Shown here: in pieces, positions 20,366 through 29,463 of the stretch | How the letters are laid out: every line of letters begins with the position of its first letter | How positions within the stretch are numbered: the first letter of the stretch is position 1 | Assembly: GCA_944390295.1 (NCBI GenBank) | Contig: CALXPV010000001.1 | Span: forward strand, 1 to 51,002 | From: an uncultured Clostridia bacterium | GTDB lineage: Bacteria > Bacillota > Clostridia > TANB77 > CAG-508 | Length of the DNA: 51,002 nt | Direction of reading: 5' to 3' | Position numbers and translations under genes: made by a program | The notes under the pieces: model-generated | Databases searched by the model: none | What the model was told of the DNA's origin: nothing | Seen by the model: the letters and a program-made list of their open reading frames with translations, nothing else

Positions 20366-22639
20366 ATGCAAGAATTATTAGAAGGTTTAAATGACAAACA
20401 ATATGAAGCTGTAGTAAATACAGAAGGACCATGTTTAGTAATAGCAGGAGCTGGAAGTGGAAAAACTAAAGTTTTAACACATAAAATAGCATATTTAATG
20501 GGAGAAAAAGATATAAAACCATGGAATATATTAGCAATAACTTTTACAAATAAAGCTGCAAACGAAATGAAAGAAAGAGTAGATGGATTAGTAGAAGGTG
20601 CAACAAAAGATATGTGGATTGGAACATTCCATTCTATTTGTGTAAGGATTCTAAGAAGATTTATAGATAGAATAGGATTTGATCATTCTTTTGTAATATT
20701 TGATACTTCAGACCAAAGAACACTTATTAAAGAATGTTTAAAAGATTTAAATATAGATGATAAGATGTTTACAGATAGAATTGTGCAATTTGAAATAAGT
20801 AATGCAAAAAATGATATGAAAGAGCCTGAACAATACGAAGCCCTAGCTAAAGGTGATTATAGAAAAGAAAAAATAGCATCTGTTTATAAACTATATCAAA
20901 GAAGATTAAAAGAAAATAATGCTATTGATTTTGATGATATAATCAATTTTGCAATAAAAATATTTAAAGAAAATGAAGATGTATTAGAATATTATGCAGA
21001 TAAATTTAAATACATATTAGTAGACGAGTATCAAGATACAAATAAATCTCAATTTACTTTAATAAAGTTATTAGCACAAACACATGGAAATATAACAGTT
21101 GTGGGTGATAATGACCAAGGTATATATAGCTTTAGAGGTGCAGATATTAGCAATATTTTAAATTTTGAAAAAGATTTTAAAGGTACAAAAATAATAAAGC
21201 TAGAACAAAATTATAGATGTACTCAAAATATTTTAAATGCTGCAAATTCTGTAATAAAAAATAATGAAGTTAAATATAAAAAGAAATTATGGACAGAAAA
21301 CGAAGAAGGAGCTTTACCTACATTTCATGTTTCAGATGATGAGTATGATGAAGGAAGATATATTGTTCAAGAAATAAACCATTTAAAAAGAGAAGAATAT
21401 TATAAATACTCAGACTTTGCAATTCTTTATAGAATGAACTCACAATCAAGAGCTATAGAGGAAATTCTAAGAAGAGAAGACATTCCATATAAAATTGTTG
21501 GAGGACTAAAATTCTACGAAAGAAAAGAAATTAAAGATATAATTGCATATTTAAGATTAATTAATAATACATCAGATAATTTAGCATTAAAGAGAATTAT
21601 AAATGAACCAAAAAGAGGAATAGGAAAAACAAGTTTAGATAAAATACAAGCAATTTCAGAACAATCTGGAATACCAATGTATGAAATTATAAAAGAAGCA
21701 GATAATTATGGTTTGACAAGAGTATATACAAATGCAAAACCTTTTATAGATGTAATAGAAGATTTAATAAGTAAAAAAGACGAATATACAATAACAGAAT
21801 TAATTAAACATACATTAAAAGAAACAGGATACACAAAAGCATTAGAAGATGAAAATTCTATAGAGGCAGAAAATAGAATAGAAAACTTAGAAGAATTCTT
21901 AACAGTTGCAGTACAATTTGAAGATGAAGAAGCAGAAAATGATTTAAGTTCTTTCTTAGAAGGAATAACACTTTCAAGTGATATTGATGGAATGGATGAT
22001 GAAGAAGAATCTGTAACACTAATGACATTACATTCTGCAAAAGGTCTAGAATTTCCCGTAGTATTTTTAGTAGGTATGGAAGAAGGAATATTCCCAGGAT
22101 ACAAATCTATTGGAGAACCAAAAGAACTAGAAGAAGAAAGACGTTTATGCTATGTTGGAATAACTAGAGCTAAAAACAATTTATATTTAACTTGTAGTAG
22201 ACAAAGAACGATGTTTGGTTCAACAAGTTGTAATCCAGTATCTAGATTTATAAAAGAAATTCCAGAAGAAATGATGCTAGGAGCAGAAGAATTAGAAGAA
22301 AAACCAAAGAATTCGTTTGCAGATAGCAATTATGAATGGAGTTATGGAGGAACTACAAAATCATATAAAGTAGATATACCAAAAACAAAACAAGAACCAA
22401 GTTTTGCATTTAGATCTGCAGAAAGCTTTTTAGCGAAACTAAATAATAAAAACAAAGAACAAAATGTAGATTTAAGCAAATATAAAGAAGGACAAAGAAT
22501 TTACCATAAAAGATTTGGCGAAGGAAATATTAGCAAAATCGAGCCAGAAGGTGATGACTTAAAATTAGATATACAATTTGATAAAGCTGGACATAAGAGA
22601 TTAATGGCAAAATTTGCAAACTTAGAAGTTATTGAATAA
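20366..22639 (+). CDS. pcrA: ATP-dependent DNA helicase PcrA (UvrD family)
   Basis: AGAGSGKT, VDEYQDTN, QNYRCT and TLHSAKGLEF motifs. ATG 20366 follows the SD AAAGGAGAG; the ORF-track TTG at 20330 is unlikely. Confidence 0.9.
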   Translation: MQELLEGLNDKQYEAVVNTEGPCLVIAGAGSGKTKVLTHKIAYLMGEKDIKPWNILAITFTNKAANEMKERVDGLVEGATKDMWIGTFHSICVRILRRFIDRIGFDHSFVIFDTSDQRTLIKECLKDLNIDDKMFTDRIVQFEISNAKNDMKEPEQYEALAKGDYRKEKIASVYKLYQRRLKENNAIDFDDIINFAIKIFKENEDVLEYYADKFKYILVDEYQDTNKSQFTLIKLLAQTHGNITVVGDNDQGIYSFRGADISNILNFEKDFKGTKIIKLEQNYRCTQNILNAANSVIKNNEVKYKKKLWTENEEGALPTFHVSDDEYDEGRYIVQEINHLKREEYYKYSDFAILYRMNSQSRAIEEILRREDIPYKIVGGLKFYERKEIKDIIAYLRLINNTSDNLALKRIINEPKRGIGKTSLDKIQAISEQSGIPMYEIIKEADNYGLTRVYTNAKPFIDVIEDLISKKDEYTITELIKHTLKETGYTKALEDENSIEAENRIENLEEFLTVAVQFEDEEAENDLSSFLEGITLSSDIDGMDDEEESVTLMTLHSAKGLEFPVVFLVGMEEGIFPGYKSIGEPKELEEERRLCYVGITRAKNNLYLTCSRQRTMFGSTSCNPVSRFIKEIPEEMMLGAEELEEKPKNSFADSNYEWSYGGTTKSYKVDIPKTKQEPSFAFRSAESFLAKLNNKNKEQNVDLSKYKEGQRIYHKRFGEGNISKIEPEGDDLKLDIQFDKAGHKRLMAKFANLEVIE

Positions 22640-22687
22640 AAGATTTTTAGGAGGGTTAAGCCCTCTTAAAAAATAAAAGGAGATAAA

Positions 22688-23245
22688 ATGAAGAAAATAT
22701 TAGTTGATATGGATGATGTAATTTGCGCACATGGTTTTATTGGCATAGTTAATGATTTTTTAGGAACAAATTATACAGAATATGATGCAAAATCATATTA
22801 TATAAATGATTTAGTACCAAAAGAAAAAATGGATGACTGGGTAGAGTTTTATAAAACAAAAAATGTATATGACTATATGGAATTAAACCAAGATGTACAA
22901 GAAATATTAAAAAAATTAAATGATAAATATGAAGTATACATAGTAACTGCATATATTTTTAGAGATGATCCAAGCATATCTGGAGACCAACTAAAAAATA
23001 AATTTGACTACTTACAAAAGAATTTACCATTTATAAATCCAGAGAGATTTATATTTTTAACTGATAAATCACTTATTAAAGCAGATGTTAGAATAGATGA
23101 TAATATTGAAAAATTAAATGGACCAGCAGAAACAAAACTACTATTTACTGCATATCATAATGAAAATATAAGTGATGAAGAGCTAAAGAAAGAGAGTATC
23201 CAAAGAGTTAATAATTGGAAAGAAATTGAGCAAATATTATTATAA
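22688..23245 (+). CDS. 5'(3')-deoxyribonucleotidase-like HAD hydrolase (NT5C type)
   Basis: HAD motif I DMDDV sits at the N-terminus. Size and layout match NT5C-like proteins. Confidence 0.65.
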   Translation: MKKILVDMDDVICAHGFIGIVNDFLGTNYTEYDAKSYYINDLVPKEKMDDWVEFYKTKNVYDYMELNQDVQEILKKLNDKYEVYIVTAYIFRDDPSISGDQLKNKFDYLQKNLPFINPERFIFLTDKSLIKADVRIDDNIEKLNGPAETKLLFTAYHNENISDEELKKESIQRVNNWKEIEQILL

Positions 23246-23253
23246 GTTGGGTT

Positions 23254-23287
23254 AAAAGAGCTAATTTTTAAAATTAGCTCTTTTTTG
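23254..23287 (+). terminator. Rho-independent terminator
   Basis: Stem AAAAGAGCTAATTTT/AAAATTAGCTCTTTT followed by a T-run. Confidence 0.75.
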
Positions 23288-23335
23288 AATAAAAAGGAAA
23301 ACATAGGAAATAATAAACTTGAAGGAGTGATTAAT

Positions 23336-23524
23336 ATGCCAAATTTAAGTCAAATGGAATTACAAAATTTAAGACATTTTATAGGTGCACATGATACTGC
23401 TTATCAAAAATTAAATGAATATTCTGCACAAGCAGTAGATCCACAAATTAAACAAATCTTTGCAAAGTCTGCACAAGATGCCCTAAATACAAAACAAAAA
23501 TTAATAAATTTTTTAAATAATTAG
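23336..23524 (+). CDS. Small spore-coat-like protein (paired with the CotF-like gene)
   Basis: 62 aa from ATG 23336 after the SD GAAGGAG. Helical; the LRHFIGAHDTAYQKLNEYSAQAVDPQIKQIF segment resembles small coat proteins found next to CotF-like genes. Confidence 0.55.
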   Translation: MPNLSQMELQNLRHFIGAHDTAYQKLNEYSAQAVDPQIKQIFAKSAQDALNTKQKLINFLNN

Positions 23525-23530
23525 GAGGAT

Positions 23531-23776
23531 ATGATGAACGAGAAAGTAATGGTAAACGATATTTTATCAAATGTTAAATCTAGTCTTACAGCGTATCAAA
23601 CCGCTATAACAGAAACAGAAAACATGGAACTTAGACAAACATTCCAACAATTAAGAAATAATGATGAGACTTTTCAATATGAGCTTTTTAAAGTAGCACA
23701 AGCAAAAGGTTATTATAAACCAGCGGCAAAAGCTACAATAACAGAAATTGATGAAGTTAAGAATAGCGTACAATAG
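23531..23776 (+). CDS. Coat F domain (CotF-like) spore coat protein
   Basis: The pattern NDILSNVKSSLTAYQTAITETENMELRQTFQQL is typical of the Coat F domain. Confidence 0.7.
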   Translation: MMNEKVMVNDILSNVKSSLTAYQTAITETENMELRQTFQQLRNNDETFQYELFKVAQAKGYYKPAAKATITEIDEVKNSVQ

Positions 23777-23783
23777 TATATTG

Positions 23784-23824
23784 CTAAGGAGACAGCAAAT
23801 TTTAAAAGCTGTCTCCTTAGTTTT
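23784..23824 (+). terminator. Rho-independent terminator
   Basis: 13-bp stem CTAAGGAGACAGC/GCTGTCTCCTTAG followed by TTTT. Confidence 0.75.
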
Positions 23825-23972
23825 CCGTAAGGGAAAAACACATAAGGAAGAAAAAGTAAGGAAAACGAAGAATAAATAAGCAAATAAGCAAAAAAATAAA
23901 AAAATAAGCAGATTTTACATTTTGAAGAAATAAACAAATTATTATAATATGTAATCATCGTGATAAAAAGGA

Positions 23973-24995
23973 GTGTTTACAATTATTAAGGGAAAGAAAT
24001 TATTAATAAAATGTAGATCTTTAATGAAATTATTAGCAATATTAGCTATTGGAGGTTTAATAATATTTGCTGCAATAATGCTTATATATAAACCTATATA
24101 TAGTGTTACATTAAATGGTGAGTTTATAGGATATTGTACAGATAAAACAGAAATGCAAAACAGAATAAATGCATATATGGATGAAGGTTCTGGAGAAAAT
24201 GTTGCTTTCGTAGAAATTAGCGATTTGCCAGAATATAATATGTGCTTATTAAAAAAAGGATTAACAACAGATGATAATGGAATATTTAATAAAGTAATTT
24301 CTGGTGGAAAAAATTATTATACATATTATGCGTTAGTAGAAGATGATAAAGAAAAACTATATGTAAAGACTCTAGAAGAAGCAGAAAAAACACTTGAAGA
24401 ATTAAAAGATAAAAAAAGTGCGAATATAGATGATATAACAATAGAAGAAAAATATGATACAGAACTTGCTAAATTAAGTTCTAAAGAAGATGCAGTATCA
24501 AAATTATATAAAGAAGAAAAGAAAGACTATAACAGAGTTATGCTAGCATCTACAAATAGAAGTATTAGTACTAGAGTAAGCACATCTACTAAAATAAGTA
24601 GTGGAAAAGCGAATTTAGGTATAAAACTAATAGAACCGGTAAAAGGAGTTATAACTGGAAGATATGCAGATATAAGTAGTGTAAGATCAAGTGCACATAC
24701 AGGATTAGATATAGCAGCACCAAGAGGAACTAAAATTTCTGCAGCAGCATCAGGAACTGTTGTATTTGCAGGAACAAAAGGTTCTTTTGGAAAAATGGTA
24801 GTAATTTCTCATGGAAATGGAGTACAAACATATTATGCACATTGTAGTAGTTTATTAGTTTCAAAAGGAGATACTGTTAAACAAGGACAAGCAATAGCAA
24901 AAGTTGGAAAAACAGGAAATGCTACGGGAAATCACTTACATTTTGAAGTTAGAGTTAATGGACAAAGTTATAATCCACAAAAATATATATATTAA
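23973..24995 (+). CDS. Membrane-anchored M23 (LytM) peptidoglycan metalloendopeptidase
   Basis: Intact HTGLDIAAPRGT (HxxxD) and HLHFEV (HxH) motifs plus an N-terminal TM helix. The start is uncertain: the GTG at 23973 overlaps the SD, an ATT at 23982 is well spaced, and there is an ATG at 24018. Confidence 0.8.
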   Translation: MFTIIKGKKLLIKCRSLMKLLAILAIGGLIIFAAIMLIYKPIYSVTLNGEFIGYCTDKTEMQNRINAYMDEGSGENVAFVEISDLPEYNMCLLKKGLTTDDNGIFNKVISGGKNYYTYYALVEDDKEKLYVKTLEEAEKTLEELKDKKSANIDDITIEEKYDTELAKLSSKEDAVSKLYKEEKKDYNRVMLASTNRSISTRVSTSTKISSGKANLGIKLIEPVKGVITGRYADISSVRSSAHTGLDIAAPRGTKISAAASGTVVFAGTKGSFGKMVVISHGNGVQTYYAHCSSLLVSKGDTVKQGQAIAKVGKTGNATGNHLHFEVRVNGQSYNPQKYIY

Positions 24996-25002
24996 AATAC
25001 AA

Positions 25003-25034
25003 AAAGACTTTACAAGTAATTGTAAAGTCTTTTA
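25003..25034. terminator. Bidirectional terminator between the convergent M23 peptidase gene and mecA
   Basis: Stem AAAGACTTTACA/TGTAAAGTCTTT flanked by A- and T-runs. Confidence 0.7.
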
Positions 25035-25048
25035 TATAGTAGGAATTT

Positions 25049-25678
25049 TTATAAGAAGTGTTTATTTAATGTTTTTAATATATTAGATTTTATAACAATA
25101 GATCCATATTCTGTTAGTTTATGTCTAAACAAAGATGGACTATTGATACTTTTACCAAATTCAGTAATTGTAAATAAAAAAGTTTTTATATATGGATAAT
25201 CTAAATTAATATCATCCATTAATAAATAATAATGGCTTTTGTATGTATAAAGAGAAAATTGTTTAGTAAAAGTAATAATATTTTTTAGATTTAAAGAATC
25301 TAAATGCTTTAAAAAGTCACAAAAATCATCAAATTTACTAAATTCATAAATAAGTATGTTAGAATCTAATTTATGCTTTTTTCTCTTAATTTGAATATTA
25401 CGTTTTTTTGGTACAGGAGGTAAATCTATATCAGGCAAAGATCTAGTAACAGTGATAATAAAATTACCATCAATTGTTGCTAAAGCTTCAACCATAATTT
25501 TATAATCTTTTGTTGTAAAGCCAATCTGTTCTTCTGCTTCGTCTAGCATATCCATAAAAAGCCTTTGTGTATCTGAAGAATTAGACATAAAAGATTGATA
25601 ATCTATATCATTGTCTTGTAAGTCTTGAAGATCCAAAATAATTCTTATTTTGTCATTATTTAATTTTTCAAACTTCAT
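25049..25678 (-). CDS. mecA: Adaptor protein MecA
   Basis: MKFEKLNNDKIRI...DRGQ-like N-terminal domain layout, with LFMDMLDEAEEQIGF and MVEALATIDGNFIITVT segments. The SD is AAGGAGG. Confidence 0.8.
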   Translation of the reverse strand: MKFEKLNNDKIRIILDLQDLQDNDIDYQSFMSNSSDTQRLFMDMLDEAEEQIGFTTKDYKIMVEALATIDGNFIITVTRSLPDIDLPPVPKKRNIQIKRKKHKLDSNILIYEFSKFDDFCDFLKHLDSLNLKNIITFTKQFSLYTYKSHYYLLMDDINLDYPYIKTFLFTITEFGKSINSPSLFRHKLTEYGSIVIKSNILKTLNKHFL

Positions 25679-25870
25679 TACAATACCTCCTTGTAATATA
25701 TTTTTATTATACTACATATAAAGCACATTTAAAATGAGTAATATATGGTAATAATATTATATTCTTCCTGTTTTAAAAGGTACATTTAATATAGCATAAA
25801 AACAATTAAAATAAAAGAAAAAAATGGAAAAAAACATAGAAATTTATTTAGGTAAAATGTTAAATTTGTC

Positions 25871-25899
25871 TTGAAAAAAGACCTTAATATATATATAAT
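25871..25899 (+). promoter_or_regulatory. Candidate sigma-A promoter of the DUF4321-radC-mre operon
   Basis: TTGAAA (25871-25876), a 17-nt spacer, then TATAAT (25894-25899). Confidence 0.5.
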
Positions 25900-25947
25900 A
25901 TTATGGAATTTAATTGTTAGTTTCCGTAAGGAAAGGGAGGAGCAATA

Positions 25948-26205
25948 ATGGCAACAAAAGACAAAAATATATGGGTATTAATATTATTTATATTAGCAGG
26001 ATTAGTAGTAGGAGGTTTACTAGGGGAACTAGCTTCTAGAGTAGATTTCTTATGGTGGTTAGGATATGGACAAACATTTGGCCTACAAGAACCACTAGTA
26101 TTAGATATTAATTTACTAAAAATAACATTTGCATTAGTTGTTAAAGTAAATATTGCAAGTATTATAGGAATGCTATTAGCTATATTAATATACAAAAAAG
26201 TTTAA
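25948..26205 (+). CDS. Small membrane protein, DUF4321-like
   Basis: 85 aa with two TM helices. Its position directly upstream of radC/mreB and the LDINLLKITFAL pattern match my memory of DUF4321. Confidence 0.55.
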   Translation: MATKDKNIWVLILFILAGLVVGGLLGELASRVDFLWWLGYGQTFGLQEPLVLDINLLKITFALVVKVNIASIIGMLLAILIYKKV

Positions 26206-26233
26206 TTTATAATGGGGGCAGAAAGGATTAAAT

Positions 26234-26935
26234 ATGATAATGAAAAAGCTCCCAAATTTAGAAAGACCATATGAAAAATTGGAATTGTATGGCGAAGCAA
26301 ATTTGTCGAATTCGGAATTGTTGGCAATAATAATAAAGAATGGAACAAAGGATGAATCTGCTATTGGATTAGCACAAAAAGTATTAGATATAGGAAATGA
26401 GTGTAACAAAAACGATATTACATTTTTAGAAGAACTCTCTATCCAAGAATTAACAAAGATTAAAGGAATCGGACGAGTTAAAGCAATACAAATAAAAGCA
26501 GTATGCGAACTTGCAAAAAGAATAGGAAAACCAATTTATAAAGAAAGAATTACTATAAAAGGATCTGAAGATGTAGCCGAAATCTTTATGCAAGAATTAA
26601 GAAATGAGCGAAGAGAAGTAGCAAAGCTAATAATATTAAATAACAAAAATGTAATTATAAAAATAAAAGATATATCATTTGGTGGACAGAATTTTGTAAT
26701 GATAGAGCCAAAGGAAATTTTTACAGATGTAATAAAAATGCAAGCACAAAGAATAATACTTATACATAATCATCCAAGTGGTGATCCTACGCCAAGTAAA
26801 GAGGACATAATACTAACAAGAAGAGTAAATGAAGCATCAAGATTACTTGGAATATCTTTTTTAGACCATATAATAATAGGGAACAATAATTACGAAAGTA
26901 TTTTTGCAATAATGAGAAAGAAAGGACTGTTTTAA
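26234..26935 (+). CDS. radC: RadC-family JAB-domain protein
   Basis: An HhH region (LTKIKGIGRVKA) and the JAMM motif HNHPSGDPTPSKED. Confidence 0.9.
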   Translation: MIMKKLPNLERPYEKLELYGEANLSNSELLAIIIKNGTKDESAIGLAQKVLDIGNECNKNDITFLEELSIQELTKIKGIGRVKAIQIKAVCELAKRIGKPIYKERITIKGSEDVAEIFMQELRNERREVAKLIILNNKNVIIKIKDISFGGQNFVMIEPKEIFTDVIKMQAQRIILIHNHPSGDPTPSKEDIILTRRVNEASRLLGISFLDHIIIGNNNYESIFAIMRKKGLF

Positions 26936-26936
26936 T

Positions 26937-27971
26937 ATGTTTAATTTTTTAAATCTTAATTCTAAAGATATTGGTATAGATTTAGGAACAGCAAATTTAT
27001 TAGTAACTTTAAAAGGAAAAGGAATTGTACTTAAAGAACCATCAGTTGTAGCAATAGATAAACGTTCTGGTGAAATAATGGCAACTGGTTATGAAGCAAA
27101 AGAAATGCTAGGAAGAACACCAGAAACAATAAAAGCTGTTAGACCATTAAGAGACGGAGTTATAGCAGATTTTACAGCTACAGAGTTAATGCTTAAAAAT
27201 ATAATAAAAAAAGTATGCAGACAAAATAATGTTGGAAAACCAAGAGTATTAGTTGGAGTGCCATCAGGTATAACAGAAGTAGAAGAAAGAGCTGTAGAAG
27301 AAGCAGTTATGCAAGCAGGAGCAAAGGAAGTATATTTAATAGAAGAACCAATGGCTGCTGCGATAGGTGCAAATTTAGATGTATCAGAACCTAGTGGAAA
27401 TATAATTGTAGATATTGGTGGAGGAACAACAGAAGTTGCAGTAGTTTCTTTAGGAGGAATTGTAATTAGTCATTCCCTAAGGATTGCAGGAGACGAATTA
27501 GATGAAGATATTATAAATTATGTAAAAAGAGAATATAACTTAGCTATAGGAGATACAACAGCAGAAGACATTAAAAAAGAAATTGGATGTGCACTTCCAC
27601 TTATGACAGAAATGACAATGGAAGTTACAGGAAGAGATTTAAATACAGGTCTTCCAAGAAATATTGTTATTACATCTAGTAATGTACAAGAAGCTATAGC
27701 AGTTTCAATAAATGAAATTATAGAAACAGTAAAAACAACATTGGAAAAGACGCCACCAGAACTTGCATCAGACATAATGGAAAAAGGAATTGTTTTAGCA
27801 GGTGGAGGAGCATTAATTAAAAATCTAGATAAATTATTAAGCGAAAAAACTGGAATGCCAGTATATGTAGCTGAAGATCCATTAGATTGCGTTGTAAAAG
27901 GAACAGGAAAAACATTAGAGAATATAGAAAAACTAAGAACAGTATTAATAAATGCAAGAAAAAGATCTTAA
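26937..27971 (+). CDS. mreB: Rod shape-determining protein MreB
   Basis: Actin-fold motifs IGIDLGTANLLV, DIGGGTTEVAV and LAGGGALIKNLD. Confidence 0.95.
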   Translation: MFNFLNLNSKDIGIDLGTANLLVTLKGKGIVLKEPSVVAIDKRSGEIMATGYEAKEMLGRTPETIKAVRPLRDGVIADFTATELMLKNIIKKVCRQNNVGKPRVLVGVPSGITEVEERAVEEAVMQAGAKEVYLIEEPMAAAIGANLDVSEPSGNIIVDIGGGTTEVAVVSLGGIVISHSLRIAGDELDEDIINYVKREYNLAIGDTTAEDIKKEIGCALPLMTEMTMEVTGRDLNTGLPRNIVITSSNVQEAIAVSINEIIETVKTTLEKTPPELASDIMEKGIVLAGGGALIKNLDKLLSEKTGMPVYVAEDPLDCVVKGTGKTLENIEKLRTVLINARKRS

Positions 27972-27999
27972 ATTTTACATTAGAGAAAGGAAGTAAGGA

Positions 28000-28815
28000 A
28001 TGTATAAAAATAAAAAAAGTGGTGCTATAGGTATAGTAGTTACAGTAATAATATTAATTTTATTAGTGGTCTTATCAAATATTAATATAGAAAAATTAAC
28101 TGTTGTAGAAAACGTATTTAGCACAATAGTAATGCCTTTCCAAAATGGTTTTACAATGCTTAAAAATAAAATTTCTGGGAATGATACATTTTTTACAGAT
28201 TTAGATAATTTAAAAACAGAAAATGAAGAACTAAAACAAAAAAATAGTGAATTAGAACAATCTTTAAGAGAATTAGAGATAATTAAAGCAGAAAATGCAA
28301 CATTAAAAGAACAAATGAATTTAAAAGAGAAATATGGAGAATATCAAACAGTTTCTGGATATGTAATTAATAGAGATATAAGTAATTATACTGGAATGGT
28401 TGTTATAAATGTTGGATCAAACGATGGTGTTAAACCAAACATGACAGTAATTGCAGATAAGGGACTAGTAGGAAATGTAGTATCTGTTACAGAAAATACA
28501 GCAAAAGTTCAAACAATAGTAGATCCAGCAAGTTCAGTAAGTTGCATAATAAATACATCAAAAGATGCTTTTATAACAAAAGGAAGCATAAATAGTGGAA
28601 GAGAGATAAAAGCAACATATATTCCAACAGATGCAGTTTTAGTACAAGATACAAGCGTTGAAACATCTGGATTAGGTGGAATATATCCAAAAGGAATACA
28701 TGTTGGAACAATAAAAGAAGTTGTAAATACTCAAAACCCAACAGATAAATATGCAATAATAGAAACAGCTGTAGACTTTTCTAAATTAGATACAGTCTTA
28801 GTAATATTAAACTAA
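28000..28815 (+). CDS. mreC: Rod shape-determining protein MreC
   Basis: N-terminal TM helix, a coiled coil (ENEELKQKNSELEQSLRELE) and a C-terminal beta domain (GLGGIYPKGIHVGTI). Confidence 0.9.
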   Translation: MYKNKKSGAIGIVVTVIILILLVVLSNINIEKLTVVENVFSTIVMPFQNGFTMLKNKISGNDTFFTDLDNLKTENEELKQKNSELEQSLRELEIIKAENATLKEQMNLKEKYGEYQTVSGYVINRDISNYTGMVVINVGSNDGVKPNMTVIADKGLVGNVVSVTENTAKVQTIVDPASSVSCIINTSKDAFITKGSINSGREIKATYIPTDAVLVQDTSVETSGLGGIYPKGIHVGTIKEVVNTQNPTDKYAIIETAVDFSKLDTVLVILN

Positions 28816-28829
28816 TGAAAGGAGCTAAA

Positions 28830-29363
28830 ATGAAAAAAACAGTATCATTTTTAATAATATTTTTAGTTTTCCTTATAATTTACTTTTTGCAAGTTAATTT
28901 CTTTACATGGTTTAATATTGCAGGAGTAAAGCCAAACTTATTTGTAGTATTAATATTAGTTGTAGGATTATTTGCGGGAAAAAATGTTGGAACGTCTACA
29001 GGAATCGTTGTAGGTCTGCTTTTAGATATATTTATAAGCAAGAAGATAGGAATTACAGCGATTACGCTTGGAATAATAGGTTTTATAGGTGCATTATTAG
29101 ATAAGAACTTTTCAAAAGATAGTAAACTTACTATAGTTTTAATGGTTATTTTAACAACAATAATTTTCGAGGTTTTAAACTATTTTATTAATGCAGTTAT
29201 ATTTTCTTATTCATTAGAAATTGCAACATTCGTAGTAAAATTATTAATAGAAATAGTGTTTAATATATTAATAACAATTATATTTTATCCATTAATACAA
29301 AAATCTGGATTTGCATTAGAAGAAAGATTTAAAGAAACAAGAATCTTAACAAGATATTTTTAA
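28830..29363 (+). CDS. mreD: Rod shape-determining protein MreD
   Basis: A polytopic small membrane protein after mreC. ATG 28830 follows the SD AAAGGAG; an ATG at 28815 is also possible. Confidence 0.8.
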   Translation: MKKTVSFLIIFLVFLIIYFLQVNFFTWFNIAGVKPNLFVVLILVVGLFAGKNVGTSTGIVVGLLLDIFISKKIGITAITLGIIGFIGALLDKNFSKDSKLTIVLMVILTTIIFEVLNYFINAVIFSYSLEIATFVVKLLIEIVFNILITIIFYPLIQKSGFALEERFKETRILTRYF

Positions 29364-29463
29364 AATGCAATTACTGAATTTATTATCTATATAAAAAGAT
29401 GATAATAGATACGCTATAGGGTAAATTTAAAACAATAAATATAACAAGATTGGAAGTGATTAA